A DNA stretch of 63,495 nt, counting the filler, from Chrysochromulina tobinii (lineage: Eukaryota): the NCBI GenBank assembly GCA_001275005.1. It is 9 parts of 9 records of this genome, joined end to end, with 100 filler letters (N's around TTAATTAATTAA, not from the genome) between each part and the next. Parts side by side here need not be neighbours in the genome. Positions count along the whole stretch, not along the records: positions 14,280 to 25,989 come from JWZX01000842.1; positions 26,090 to 38,651 come from JWZX01000844.1; 7 more parts are not named here. The stretch is one strand, 5' to 3'. Each line of letters starts with the position of its first letter. Within the stretch, counting starts at the first letter, position 1. A program made the translations under genes and the position numbers. The notes beneath the pieces were generated by a model that did not search any database, had not been told where the DNA came from, and saw only the letters and a program-made list of their open reading frames with translations. Below, piece by piece: positions 19,669-30,142 of this stretch.

Positions 19669-22600
19669 TCAATGCACAATTATGGCGTCCCCTCGTCGCA
19701 CCGGGAGCTTGGCCGAGAAACACCCACTTATAGCAGCTCGTCTGGACTCGTTGCTGCAGCTGAGAGCGGATGGGGATGATGGGTCTGAGCACTGCAGCCA
19801 CATCTGCATCGATGTTGAACTTGGTGCCGAGAGAGCTTGCATGCACGTTTCGAGCCTCTCGAGCACGGTGCTCATGCTCGGGCGGTCCTCTGGACGCTGC
19901 GCCCAACACTCGCACGTGACCGCTGGGATCCCATCGCTCTTCGAAGGCTTCGAGAGCTGTGGCCGAAGCCCCTTCAAGGCGCCCGAGGCAGCAGCTGCGC
20001 CCGTCAACTCCTCAAAGGCGCGGCGCTCATGAATGAGCTCCCAAAGCAAGAGGCCAAACGCATAGACATCAGCGCGGTCCTCAAAGCTGACGAGCGTGCG
20101 GCCAAGGCTGAGGCTGCTGCTGCCACGGCTTTCGTCACGATCGGGGCTCTCGTGCGCGTGACGTCGCGACACTTCCGCCACCCTCTCGGGCGCCAGATAA
20201 CGCAATGTGCCCCCCACTGCCTTGTTTCGATCCCGAGCGTAGTTCAGGCTGAGGCACGCCAAACCAAAGTCGGCGAGCTTGCACACCGAGTGGTTCGCGT
20301 CGAGCAGTGCATTATCAGTCTTGATGTCGTGGTGCAGGATGCCGTGCGAGTGGAGGAAGCACAACCCACTCGCCAGCTGCACCGCGAAACAAATCTTCTT
20401 GTCGTCCGAAAGCATGTCAGCCAGGCGTGTGCGTGGCGGAGGCGGCTCCATCAGCTTGCAGCCGAGCAACCCTTGCGGTGCGACCGGTGCGGCAGCCGCA
20501 TACCTATTCGCGAAGAGGTGTGCGGCGAGAGAGCCTCCGGCCATGTACTCGAGAACGAGCGCGGGCCGCTGGTCAACCAGCATGTGGCCGAAGAGGGCGC
20601 AGATGCACGGGTGGCGCAGGCGACGCAGAATGGCCACCTCCTGGAGCATGACCAACTCCTGTTGCGCAGGTGACATGTCGACGTTCTCGAGCTTCATGTT
20701 GAGCACCTTCACGGCGAGGTCGTTTCCCTGCCACCGCGCACTCCAGACGGTCGCAAAGCCGCCTTCGCCGATCGGCCTGCCAACCGCGAGCGTCGAGAAG
20801 TCCACCACCTCGAGCTGCGTCGGCTCATCGGAACGCACCGTGACGGGGCTTCCGCCCGAACTCGAGAGAGTCTCCCGCTGCTTGGGCGCCCAAATGGGCA
20901 CCATGTGCATGGACACGGAATCGGCATTGTCCTTGAGCATCTGGGTGGATATCCGTGTGCGCCATCTTCGCCACAGACAGCAAGCAACGAAAGCAACTGC
21001 CATCGCCACGAGAAACGCCACGAGAAGCGCCTCAAGGACCTCATGACTCTGCTCATAACTCTGCGCCATCATGTCACGCGCAGCAGCACTCGGAGCAGCA
21101 GGTGGTGTTGGCGGCGAGAGCGGCGGCGCGTGCGGCGGCGCGTGTGGGCACTGCTCATCGCGCGCGAGGTCGGTCGCGCTCGAGTTACTGCCCTCGTGGC
21201 ACGGCACCGGTGCCGCGGCGCCTGGCGGGCAGAAGCTGCCCCGCTCGCAAGGCAAGCACGCGGGGCCAAAGAGGCCGTCATATGGAGCGTACGAGCCCGA
21301 GGAGCAGTCGACACAGAGTGTGCCAGCCTTACCTTGGCGCTTGCCGCGCGGGCAGGCAGTGCACTCCGCGGCCCCCACAAAGCGAACGCTGCCCGGCTTG
21401 CAGGAGGAGCATTCGCCGCGGTAGTCGAGCTCCGTGTGCTCTTCACACTCGTAGCAGATATCAAAATGGTCGTCGCGGCGTGAGAAGGGAGCGGGGCAGC
21501 GGACACATCCGTTGCCGAAAAGGCTGCGTGCAGTGCCAGGCTGAGAGCATCTGATAAAGGGCAGCAGGCGGCTGGGAGTGTCTTCGTTTCCGAGCAGCAC
21601 GTCGAGGTCGCCGTCGCCGTCCACGTCCGCCGCCGCGATCGAGTTCGTCCTCGCGCTGCCGCCGGGCAGCTCGATGCTCATCGGGAAGGTGCCGTCGCCC
21701 GCGTTGAGCAACACTCGGTTCGGACTGCCAGAGTTACCAAGCAGCACGTCGAGGTCGCCGTCGCCGTCCATGTCCGCCGCCACGATCGAGTACGTGTGCT
21801 CGATCGACTTGGTGCCCGCGCTGCCGCTGGGCAGCTCGATGCTCGTCGGGAAGGTGCCGTCGCCCGCGTTGAGCAGCACTCGGCTGGCACTGCCTTCATT
21901 CCCAAGCAGGACGTCGAGGTCGCCGTCACCGTCCACGTCGGCCGCCGCGATCGAGTTCGTGTACCTGCTGCCGCCGGGCAGCTCGATGCTCGTCGGGAAG
22001 GTGCCGTTGCCCGCGTTGAGCAGCGCTCGGCTGGGACTGTTGAAGTTCCCAAGCAGCAAGTCAAGGTCGCCGTCGCCGTCCACATCTGCCACTGCGATCG
22101 AAAGCGTGTACGCCCTGCCGCCGGGCAGCTCGATGCTCGTCGGGAAGGTGCCGTCGCCCGCGTTCAGCAGCACTCGGTCGGGACTATCGTAGTTACCTAG
22201 CAGGATGTCAAGATCGCCGTCGCCGTCCACGTCCGCCGCTGCGATCGCGCTCGTGTACGTGCTGCCACCGGGCAGCTCGATGCTCGTCGGGAAGGTGCCG
22301 TCGCCCGCGTTGAACAGCGCTCGGCTGGTAACGCCCCAGTTTCCGAGCAGGATGTCGAGATCGCCGTCGCCATCAACGTCGGCAGCCGCGATACAGTTCG
22401 TGCGGGCGTTGAGGGCGGACAGCTCGATGCTCGTCGGGAAGGTGCCGTCGCCCGCGTTGAGCAGCACTCGGCTTGGCGTGCCATAATAGTTGCCAATCAG
22501 CACGTCGAGGTCGCCGTCGCCGTCCACGTCGGCCGCCGCGATCGACTTGGTGCCCGCGCTGCCGCCAGGCAGCTCGATGCTCGTTGGGAAGGTGCCGTCG

Positions 22601-24210
22601 CCCATGTTGAGCGCGTTGAGGAGCACTTGGCTCGGACTCTCGTTGTTGCCAAGAAGCACGTCGAGGTCGCCGTCCCCGTCCAAGTCCGCCGCCGCGATTG
22701 ACATCGTGCTCGCGCTACCGCTGGGCAGCTCAATGCTCGTCGGGAAGGTGCCGTCGCCCGCGTTGAGCAGCACTCGGCTGGAAAAGCCGTACCAGTTGCC
22801 AAGCAGCACGTCGAGGTCGCCGTCGCCATCCACGTCGGCCGCCGCGATCGCGTACGTGCTTGCGCTGCCGCCGAGCAGGTCGATGCTCGTCGGGAAGGTG
22901 CCGTCGCCCGCGTTGAGCAGCACTCGGCTGGAAAAGCCATAGTTGCCAAGCAGAACGTCGAGGTCGCCGTCGCCGTCCACGTCGGCCGCCGCGATCGAGT
23001 GCGTGTTCGCGAAGCCGCCGAGCAGCTCGATGCTCGTCGGGAAGGTGCCGTCGCCCGCGTTGAACAGCACTCGGCTGGGACTGCCACTGTTGCCAACCAG
23101 CAAGTCGATGTCGCCGTCGCCGTCCACGTCCGCTGCTGCGATTGAGTACGTGTATGCGATGCCGCCGGGCAGGTCGATGCTCGTCGGCAAGGTGCCGTCG
23201 CCCGCGTTGAACAGCACTCGGCTGGCACTGCCTTCATTCCCGAGTAGCACGTCAAGGTCGCCGTCGCCATCCACGTCGGCCGCCGCGATCGAGTGCGTGT
23301 ACGTGCTGTCGCCGGGCAGTTCGATGCTCTTCGGGAAGGTGCCGTCGCCCGCGTTGAGCAGCACTCGGCTGGGACCACCATTGTTGCCGAGCAAGACATC
23401 CAGGTCGCCGTCGTCGTCCATGTCGGCCGCTGCGATCGACTTGGTGCCCGCGCTGCCGCCGGGCAGTTCGATGCTCGTCGGGAAGGTGCCGTCGCCCGCG
23501 TTGAGCAACACTCGGCTGGAACTGCCATAGTTGCCTAGCAGTACGTCGAGGTCGCCGTCGCCGTCGACATCGGCCGCTGCGATCGCGCTCGTGGACGCGC
23601 TGCCGCTGGGCAGCAGCGCTGCGCCGTCATCCCTGAATCTTAGTACAAGCCCGCCACTATCGAGCAGCTCGTTCCCCGTCCTCGCCAAAGGCTTTGGAAG
23701 GAGCAGGCACCCCGGCTCGGAGGACAACGAGCAAGCCGGTGGTAAGAGCGCAGCTCGAATGCCTGCTGCAGGCTTGGCACGGGCCGGCTTCGGCATCGCA
23801 AGGCAGCCCACCCGCCCTGGTGCCGAGCAGTTGGGTGGTGCGAACGCTGTTGGGTGGCCACCCGCCTGGAGCTCCTGCGCATAGTCCCGTGGGGGAGGGT
23901 ACCGTCTGTGGCCCTGGTGCTCGACGTGCCAGCCAGGCTGCGCTGGTCTGGGAGGCTGATCTGGCGGCAAGGGCGGCGAGAAGGGTGAGGGCGATGGCGG
24001 CGACGAAGGCGGCGACGCCTGCAGTTGCGGTTGCTGCGGTGGTGCAAGATGCTCTCGAGGCGGCGACGACGGCATGCCCGAGTGCAGACCGTCGAACAGC
24101 ACTCGGCGTGCATGCGTCGGGGCGACGTGCTGGTCGAGTGAGTTGCCGCTCTCGGCGCACGCACCCAGCAGGGCGGATGCGACCATCAATGCCCTCCACG
24201 TTCTGTTCAT
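19669..24210 (-). CDS. Receptor-like kinase: signal peptide, 14 FG-GAP/VCBS repeats, Cys-rich repeats, TM, TKL kinase
   Basis: 1513-aa intronless ORF; 14 x AAADVDGDGDLDVLLGN; CxxC Cys-rich repeats; TM ALLVAFLVAMAVAFVACCLW; GEGGFA, LAVK, HHDIKTDN, DFG, GTLRYLAPE. Confidence 0.95.
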   Translation of the reverse strand: MNRTWRALMVASALLGACAESGNSLDQHVAPTHARRVLFDGLHSGMPSSPPREHLAPPQQPQLQASPPSSPPSPSPFSPPLPPDQPPRPAQPGWHVEHQGHRRYPPPRDYAQELQAGGHPTAFAPPNCSAPGRVGCLAMPKPARAKPAAGIRAALLPPACSLSSEPGCLLLPKPLARTGNELLDSGGLVLRFRDDGAALLPSGSASTSAIAAADVDGDGDLDVLLGNYGSSSRVLLNAGDGTFPTSIELPGGSAGTKSIAAADMDDDGDLDVLLGNNGGPSRVLLNAGDGTFPKSIELPGDSTYTHSIAAADVDGDGDLDVLLGNEGSASRVLFNAGDGTLPTSIDLPGGIAYTYSIAAADVDGDGDIDLLVGNSGSPSRVLFNAGDGTFPTSIELLGGFANTHSIAAADVDGDGDLDVLLGNYGFSSRVLLNAGDGTFPTSIDLLGGSASTYAIAAADVDGDGDLDVLLGNWYGFSSRVLLNAGDGTFPTSIELPSGSASTMSIAAADLDGDGDLDVLLGNNESPSQVLLNALNMGDGTFPTSIELPGGSAGTKSIAAADVDGDGDLDVLIGNYYGTPSRVLLNAGDGTFPTSIELSALNARTNCIAAADVDGDGDLDILLGNWGVTSRALFNAGDGTFPTSIELPGGSTYTSAIAAADVDGDGDLDILLGNYDSPDRVLLNAGDGTFPTSIELPGGRAYTLSIAVADVDGDGDLDLLLGNFNSPSRALLNAGNGTFPTSIELPGGSRYTNSIAAADVDGDGDLDVLLGNEGSASRVLLNAGDGTFPTSIELPSGSAGTKSIEHTYSIVAADMDGDGDLDVLLGNSGSPNRVLLNAGDGTFPMSIELPGGSARTNSIAAADVDGDGDLDVLLGNEDTPSRLLPFIRCSQPGTARSLFGNGCVRCPAPFSRRDDHFDICYECEEHTELDYRGECSSCKPGSVRFVGAAECTACPRGKRQGKAGTLCVDCSSGSYAPYDGLFGPACLPCERGSFCPPGAAAPVPCHEGSNSSATDLARDEQCPHAPPHAPPLSPPTPPAAPSAAARDMMAQSYEQSHEVLEALLVAFLVAMAVAFVACCLWRRWRTRISTQMLKDNADSVSMHMVPIWAPKQRETLSSSGGSPVTVRSDEPTQLEVVDFSTLAVGRPIGEGGFATVWSARWQGNDLAVKVLNMKLENVDMSPAQQELVMLQEVAILRRLRHPCICALFGHMLVDQRPALVLEYMAGGSLAAHLFANRYAAAAPVAPQGLLGCKLMEPPPPRTRLADMLSDDKKICFAVQLASGLCFLHSHGILHHDIKTDNALLDANHSVCKLADFGLACLSLNYARDRNKAVGGTLRYLAPERVAEVSRRHAHESPDRDESRGSSSLSLGRTLVSFEDRADVYAFGLLLWELIHERRAFEELTGAAAASGALKGLRPQLSKPSKSDGIPAVTCECWAQRPEDRPSMSTVLERLETCMQALSAPSSTSMQMWLQCSDPSSPSALSCSNESRRAAISGCFSAKLPVRRGDAIIVH
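21570..23610 (-). repeat. Coding tandem array of 14 units of about 147 bp (FG-GAP repeats)
   Basis: Near-identical DNA units (...GCTCGTCGGGAAGGTGCCGTCGCCCGCGTTGAGCAGCACTCGG... on plus). Confidence 0.95.
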
Positions 24211-24646
24211 GTGCGTCCCAGCCCCTTGCGCGTCGCCTGCCCAGAGGTCCGGCGCCCGAGAGCAAACTTTGACTGCTGGGCTTACTTGTTAACAGTGAAA
24301 CGAGACACAGAGAAGAACTGCAACCAAATCTCTTGGAAACTCAGGAGCTTAAGCGGTGAGGGTTAGAGCAACCGGTGCTCCGCGAGCCCACCCTCAAGGA
24401 GTGGGGCGCGGCCGGCGCTCCGTCGATTCCGAGATCCGTTGATAGTCGTCCTCCGCGGCAAGTAGCATGTCGACTCAGGCTCAGGGGGCGGCGCCGGGGG
24501 GTCAAGGATCGCGCGCTGGCGGGCAGTGTGCCAAGGATCGCGCGACGGCTCCGAGTAAAAAAGATAAACCTCATCCTCGCCGTGGCTCGTGCCGGCGAAG
24601 GTCAACAAATCCCTCGTCCCTCGCCGATGGTGCCCAGTTGGCACAC

Positions 24647-24948
24647 AAAAAAAGAAAAGGGCAGGTTCGGAGTTGGGGCGGGGCTTCGAGGTCAAATCCC
24701 CGATCGGCCGCCGATCCTCAGGGGATCAGTCGGACCGATAAAGCCCCGCTCGCTTATCGTCCTACGTCCTCCCTGCCCAACCCCCCGGGCCAGGTGAAAA
24801 GGAAAAAAAGGGTAGGTTCGGAGTTGGGGCGGAGCTTCGAGGTCAGATCCTCGATCGGCCGCCGATCCTCAAGGGATCAGTCGGACCGAGTAAAGCTCCG
24901 CTCGCTTATCGTCCTACGTCCTCCCTGCCCAACCCCCCGGGCCAGGTG
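24647..24948. repeat. Two tandem ~151-bp units with nested inverted repeats, each preceded by an A-rich tract; possible structured RNA
   Basis: Units about 24647-24796 and 24797-24948; stems GCGGGGCTT/AAGCCCCGC versus GCGGAGCTT/AAGCTCCGC; internal hairpin GATCGG-CCG-CCGATC. Confidence 0.85.
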
Positions 24949-25109
24949 TCTGCGTTATCTTATGAGCCGACGGTGTGATCAGTGATGTGTGAACACAAAG
25001 TGATCACAGTATGACGCAGAAGGAAAACGCAAGCAGGAGCCCGAACGCACCCTCGAGGAGTTGGCCGGGCTCCTGCTCGCCCTTATTTGGACGGTCAAGG
25101 GTTGGGGGT

Positions 25110-25125
25110 GGTGTTAAAAAACACC
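25110..25125 (-). promoter_or_regulatory. Histone mRNA 3' stem-loop
   Basis: Minus strand CCCAAACCC-GGTGTT-TTTT-AACACC-ACCC: 6-bp stem, 4-nt loop, C/A-rich flanks, 40 nt after the H2A stop. Confidence 0.8.
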
Positions 25126-25165
25126 GGGTTTGGGGTTGCACGTTGCATGCATGTAGGACGCGCAC

Positions 25166-25558
25166 TTAGAACTCCTGCGAGGAGCCGGTCTTGGACGGCT
25201 TCGACTTCTTCGGCAGCAGGACGGAGTGAATGTTGGGGAGGACACCGCCCGAGGCGATGGTCACGCCGCCGAGGAACTTGTTGAGCTCCTCGTCGTTGCG
25301 GATGGCGAGCACCAAGTGGCGGGGGGTCACACGCTTCTTCTTGTTGTCGCGGCACGCGTTGCCGGCGAGCTCGAGCACCTCGGCAGCCATGTACTCGATG
25401 ACGGCCGTGAGGTAGACCGGAGCACCCGCGCCGTAGCGCTTGGCAAGGCGCATCTGGCGCAGCGCGCGGCCAATGCGCGCCACCGGGAAGGTGAGGCCCG
25501 CCTTGGCCGACTTGGAGGTCGCCTTCTTCTTGCTCGCGCCACGTCCGCCCTTGACCAT
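25166..25558 (-). CDS. H2AX: Histone H2A (H2A.X type)
   Basis: [13 protein letters not shown]...[26 protein letters not shown]...[24 protein letters not shown]-terminal SQEF motif. Confidence 0.97.
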   Translation of the reverse strand: MVKGGRGASKKKATSKSAKAGLTFPVARIGRALRQMRLAKRYGAGAPVYLTAVIEYMAAEVLELAGNACRDNKKKRVTPRHLVLAIRNDEELNKFLGGVTIASGGVLPNIHSVLLPKKSKPSKTGSSQEF

Positions 25559-26404
25559 TTTGATTAGAGTTGATGATGTCGGAGGTTACATTGCCGACAA
25601 TTTAGGACCAGACCCTGAATTTTGGACGGGAACGCGAGTGCGGCTGGCTCGGCGATACTCCTCCTCTTTTGCCCCCCCCAAATGGAGCCGCCCAATGGAG
25701 GAGACGGTGCGCGCCCTCCAACCGAAGGAGCAAGCGGCGCCTTGCCGACGACGACGCGCCAAGCCTACATACAGTACGGCCGCTCCCTCGCCGCGACCGC
25801 AGGTGGGCCTCCGCTGCACCGAACCCAGCACCTCCGTGCCCAATCTGAGGAGCGGGCATCCCCCCAAAAGAGCGCACGCGACTCGCGCGCACACCGCACA
25901 AGCCCAGCTCACAGCCACGCCCCGACCTCCGTATGACCAGGCGAGCGACACGACCGTCGACGCACGAGACGCTTCGCCCTCTCCTTCTCNNNNNNNNNNN
26001 NNNNNNNNNNNNNNNNNNNNNNNNNNNNNNNNNTTAATTAATTAANNNNNNNNNNNNNNNNNNNNNNNNNNNNNNNNNNNNNNNNNNNNTTGCAGTGAAC
26101 ATCGGCAGCGCTTCTGTCGTGTTCGAGCGGTTCAAAGCTTTGTGCTGGCATGTTATGCATCTCGGTGAAGCTGCACTTTCTGGCTGGGTTTCAAGACGCC
26201 ATTACCGATCGGAGACGGTGGAGAGGCGGTGGAAGTTCGATTCTGGTGCTGCAGTGACTTCTGTCTCCGAGCCAGCCAGGAAATCGAGCGTGATATCACG
26301 TCCAGCGGGATTTGCCTGCGCTGCAGCTCGTGTGGACGCAACAGCCTTGGCAAGCTGCCGGTCGCTGCATCTCTGCCTTGGCAAGCTGACGGCCGCCGCG
26401 ACAC

Positions 26405-26466
26405 CGTCGTTACTCGACACCGTCGTTGTCACGCAACGGCGGCGTCGAGTGACTTCTTTTGCGTTT
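26405..26466 (+). repeat. 62-bp dispersed hairpin element, copy 1
   Basis: Matches the reverse complement of 52378-52439; 20-bp stem, TCACG loop, T-rich tail. Confidence 0.9.
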
Positions 26467-26509
26467 TGAGTATTGTGCAAGGCAGCACGTATATCGTTCA
26501 CGTTCTGTC

Positions 26510-27040
26510 TTGGGCTCAGCATCCTCATCGTGCTCAGCGGGCTCAGCATGCTCATCATCGGCAACATCGCCGCATCGTGCTCAGCGTGCTCTGCAGGCTC
26601 AGCAAGCTCAGCAAGCTCAGCAAGCTCAGCATGCTCACTGTGCTCAGTATCCTCATTGAGCTCAGCAGGCTCAGCATGCTCATCGTATGCTCATCGTGCT
26701 CAGCATCCTCATCGTGCTCAGTGTGCTCAGCAAGCTCATCGACATCGCGCTCAGTGTGCTCAGCATGCTCATCGTGCATCGCCAACATCGCTGCAGCATG
26801 CTCGGGATCAGCAAGCTCATCAAGCACTGCCCGCTCATCAAGCTCAGCAAGCTCAGCGTGCTTAAGCGTGCTCAGCAGGCTGAGCATTCTCATCGTGCTC
26901 AGCATCCTCATCATGCTCAGCGGGCTCAGCCCCCGTCAGTGCGCATCCTCATTGTGCTCAGTGGGCTCATCATCGCCAACATCGCCGCAGCGTGCTCAGC
27001 GTGCTCAGCAAGCTTAGCGTGCTCAGCGTGCTCAGCTGCC
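26510..27040. repeat. Degenerate 9/18-bp tandem repeat (GCTCAGCAT/GCTCATCGT)
   Basis: Read directly; produces low-complexity ORFs in all frames. Confidence 0.9.
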
Positions 27041-27702
27041 TGATCGATCTGCACATGCATTGCGTCGACGACAGTGCACTTGAGTCCAAGGCGGCGACAA
27101 CAATGCTTGGTCAAGCAAGGAAGCTGACCTTGGGAGCCTCACGCGGATCTGTCACGCCGAGCAGCTATACATAGACGCAGGGCTTGTGCTAGACGCATCT
27201 ACGCGTGTAGAAGCGGCCGCAGGGAGCGGCGCAATGCCGATCTTTTGGGGGAACTCTCGAGGTCTATAGCATCGTTTGTTCCCGAACCTTTTTTGGTCTA
27301 GATCCTGAAATGGTCCTTAATCAATACCCCTTTTGTGCACGTATTCATGCGAGTAATGCGATCTGCTCAACCTATGCTCAACCCAGTTACACGCTTACCA
27401 CCAAAAATCCTCCGGTCACCAGCCCACAGAGCTCCAGTTTCAAGTGATGTACCGGTCTACATGTACAGCATGATCTCTCACGCTCACATGCTCTGATGCT
27501 CAACCCCTTGAGATGGGTAGTTGAGGGGGTGTTCATCGCTCAGAGACACCCCCTGAGGTTTCACACCCCCTTTAGTGAGTGATGTTTGACACTCATAACT
27601 CACACCCCCTTTCCAACGCTCCAAAAACCTTCACACCCCACACGACCCCCACACGACCCACACACGGCCGACCGCGACCTGCTCCGCACCACTAGGACAA
27701 CC

Positions 27703-29986
27703 ATGGCGCGCACACGAAGGGGCGAGGACAAGGGTGGCGACCCGTTGGTTGCCACAGAAGACCCACATCAGCACTTGCCTCAAAGGAAGCAGCGCCGCGC
27801 GCGCAAACCCTCTACCTGTGTTGAAGCAGTTGCAGTTGCAGCTGCAGCAGTAGCCGCAGATGCCGCCATTGATCAACCCGAACCTGTCTTCAACCTACAA
27901 GATCTTGCCGATCTTGTCGGAGGTAATAGCCCGACCCAGCGCCAATGCCAACAGGACCCATGACTGTACCACCGCCCACTGCAGGAGAGGGCGAGAACAC
28001 TCCTATGAGCGACATCGATGGCGAGAAGGAGGGCGAAAGCGAGGCTGTCGCCACCGCCGATCCCGGACCTGTCTTCAACCTACAAGATCTTGCCGATCTT
28101 GCCAGAGGTAATAGCCCGACCCAGCGCCAATGCCAACAGGACCCATGACTGTACCACCGCCCACTGCAGGAGAGGGCGAGAACGCTACTACGAGCTATCT
28201 CAATGGCGAGAAGGAGGACGACAGCAAGTCCGAGGACGACCATGAGCCCGAGGATGACGAGCAGAATGGCGAGCAGGACGATGCGGCTGCCCTGGCCGGC
28301 GATCAAGCTGAGACATCTGAACCTCGTGGTAATAGCCCGACCCAGCGCCAATGCCAACAGGACCCATGACTGTACCACCGCCCACTGCAGGAGAGGGCGA
28401 GAACGCTACTACGAGCTATCTCAATGGCGAGAAGGAGGACGACAGCAAGTCCGAGGACGACCATGAGCCCGAGGACGACGAGCAGAATGGCGAGCAGGAC
28501 GATGCGGCTGCCCTGGCCGGCGATCAAGCTGAGACATCTGAACCTCGTGGTGTCGATCATTTAGGAGGTAATAGCCCGACCCAGCGCCATCTGCCAACAG
28601 GACCCACATGACTGGGCATGACTGTACCACTGCCCACAGCAGGAGCCTTGATGGTGCAAGAGGGCGAGAACGCTATTACGGGCATGAATATCAATGGCGA
28701 GGAGGAGGGCGAGAGCGAGGCGGACAAGGTGGATGAGATCAGAAAGGAGGAAGACGATCAAGGGAGGGCCACTCATGTTCTGTACGACAAGGAGACTGAC
28801 GAATTCAATTACAAGTCGTTAGCTAATGCAGAGCCCACGACAATCTCGCCGCATGAACTTGGACTCCATCCACATCTCGTTTACAGATGGTTTCTCAACG
28901 CGTGCAAACGAGCGCCGGGTCAATGGCTTAAGGTGGATGAGATCATAGATCTTGACGGTGCGTGCATACACAAATGCTCTCTTTTTGCCTCGCCTTGTTT
29001 ACTTACTTTCGTGTGCTGATGGAGATGCACAGTTGCCGCACTGATGTACACGAGCAAAGGCACATGGAAGGGCCAGCCGAATTCAGATCGATCAACTGTG
29101 TGTGCTCCGCTATTCTAACCACAAATGCTGCTCTGTGCCCACCTTTGCTTTGTATGATTCACAGGGCACTCACCTCGACACTGATTTAGTCTACAAGGCT
29201 TTCAATCTGCGTCAAATCAAGAAGTGCAAACTCCACAAAGACAAATGGGTACATCTGATGGTGGGTAGTCATCAACACGTCGAGTCCGCGGGTGTCGACG
29301 CAGGTGCTATTGCAATCAAGTACAGGTCAACTCCAACGTTACATATCTGCGTGGCTGGCAGTCTCGCAAGTGCGGTTGCGCATGCTGGAGATCTTCAAGC
29401 CGCCGCTGCGATAGCAAAACGCGGAACAGAGTCGGTGGCTAGCCTTGATGCCTTCAAGGACATCAAGAACTACGTCAATACGAGCAACATTTCCGGTTGG
29501 CACGTGCAGCCCCTGGGCCGAGATTACAAGCGCAAGGAGTTCCAAATAACGTCATTGGCATCTATCCGTCACCCTTGTGTGCTTCATGTCGAGGGGGTGA
29601 ACTCCCGCGGGCAGGTTGAGCGCACTCACGCAATCACGGTTGCCAATAACATGGTGTTTGACGCTAACCATCGAGTTGCATTGCCATTGACAAAGGAGGC
29701 GGTGGACGAATGCATTCCTGGGGGAAGTGACTACACCTTCAGGAGAATAATACGCGGGTTCATGGTTGTGCCCTCGAAGAGAGCTAGGTGCAGCTCTGCA
29801 CCTAGCACCCATGCTCTTTTGCTTTCACTGACTCGATCGTGCGTCCTCTTACTATGCAGGGTGCCGCTTGCATCCGACGACAGCATCATCGGCGTTGGCG
29901 TCGGCGGCGTCGGAGGCGGCGGCGGCGGCGGCGGCTGTGAGGCGCCTGTGCTCATTGTGCCGCTCAAGAAGCGCCGCTTGTGGTGA
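27703..29986 (+). CDS. Multi-exon protein: acidic repetitive N-terminus and C-terminal papain-like (Cys-His-Asp) peptidase-like domain
   Basis: GT-AG introns 27923-27984, 28108-28169, 28329-28390 and 28568-~28639, plus probable introns near 28958, 29097 and 29789, join the ORFs; motifs ICVAGSLASA, THAITV, VFDAN. Confidence 0.6.
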
Positions 29987-30142
29987 GACGGATGAGCCGG
30001 CACGGAGCTTTTGAGGTGCTTTAGCACCTCAAGAGCAGTCCAGTGTTCGGGTCTCCAACTCGCTGCCAGCGGCGCTTCACAGTGTGGGCAGTGGCATCAG
30101 AGAGTTTGTCAGAGCGGGCGGCGTGGTCAGCGCGGCGGCAAA

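Noticed and set aside
21570..23610. DGR-like adenine mutagenesis as source of FG-GAP variability (many variable codons are NNC/NNT)
   Set aside because: No reverse transcriptase or template repeat in the window, several codons (GAA, TGG, AAG, ATG, AGG) do not fit one AAY template, and GC3 bias can explain NNC.
24560..24605. HDV-like ribozyme (TCCTCGC...GGCGAA)
   Set aside because: Could not build P1 or the nested pseudoknot; explained by a simple hairpin.
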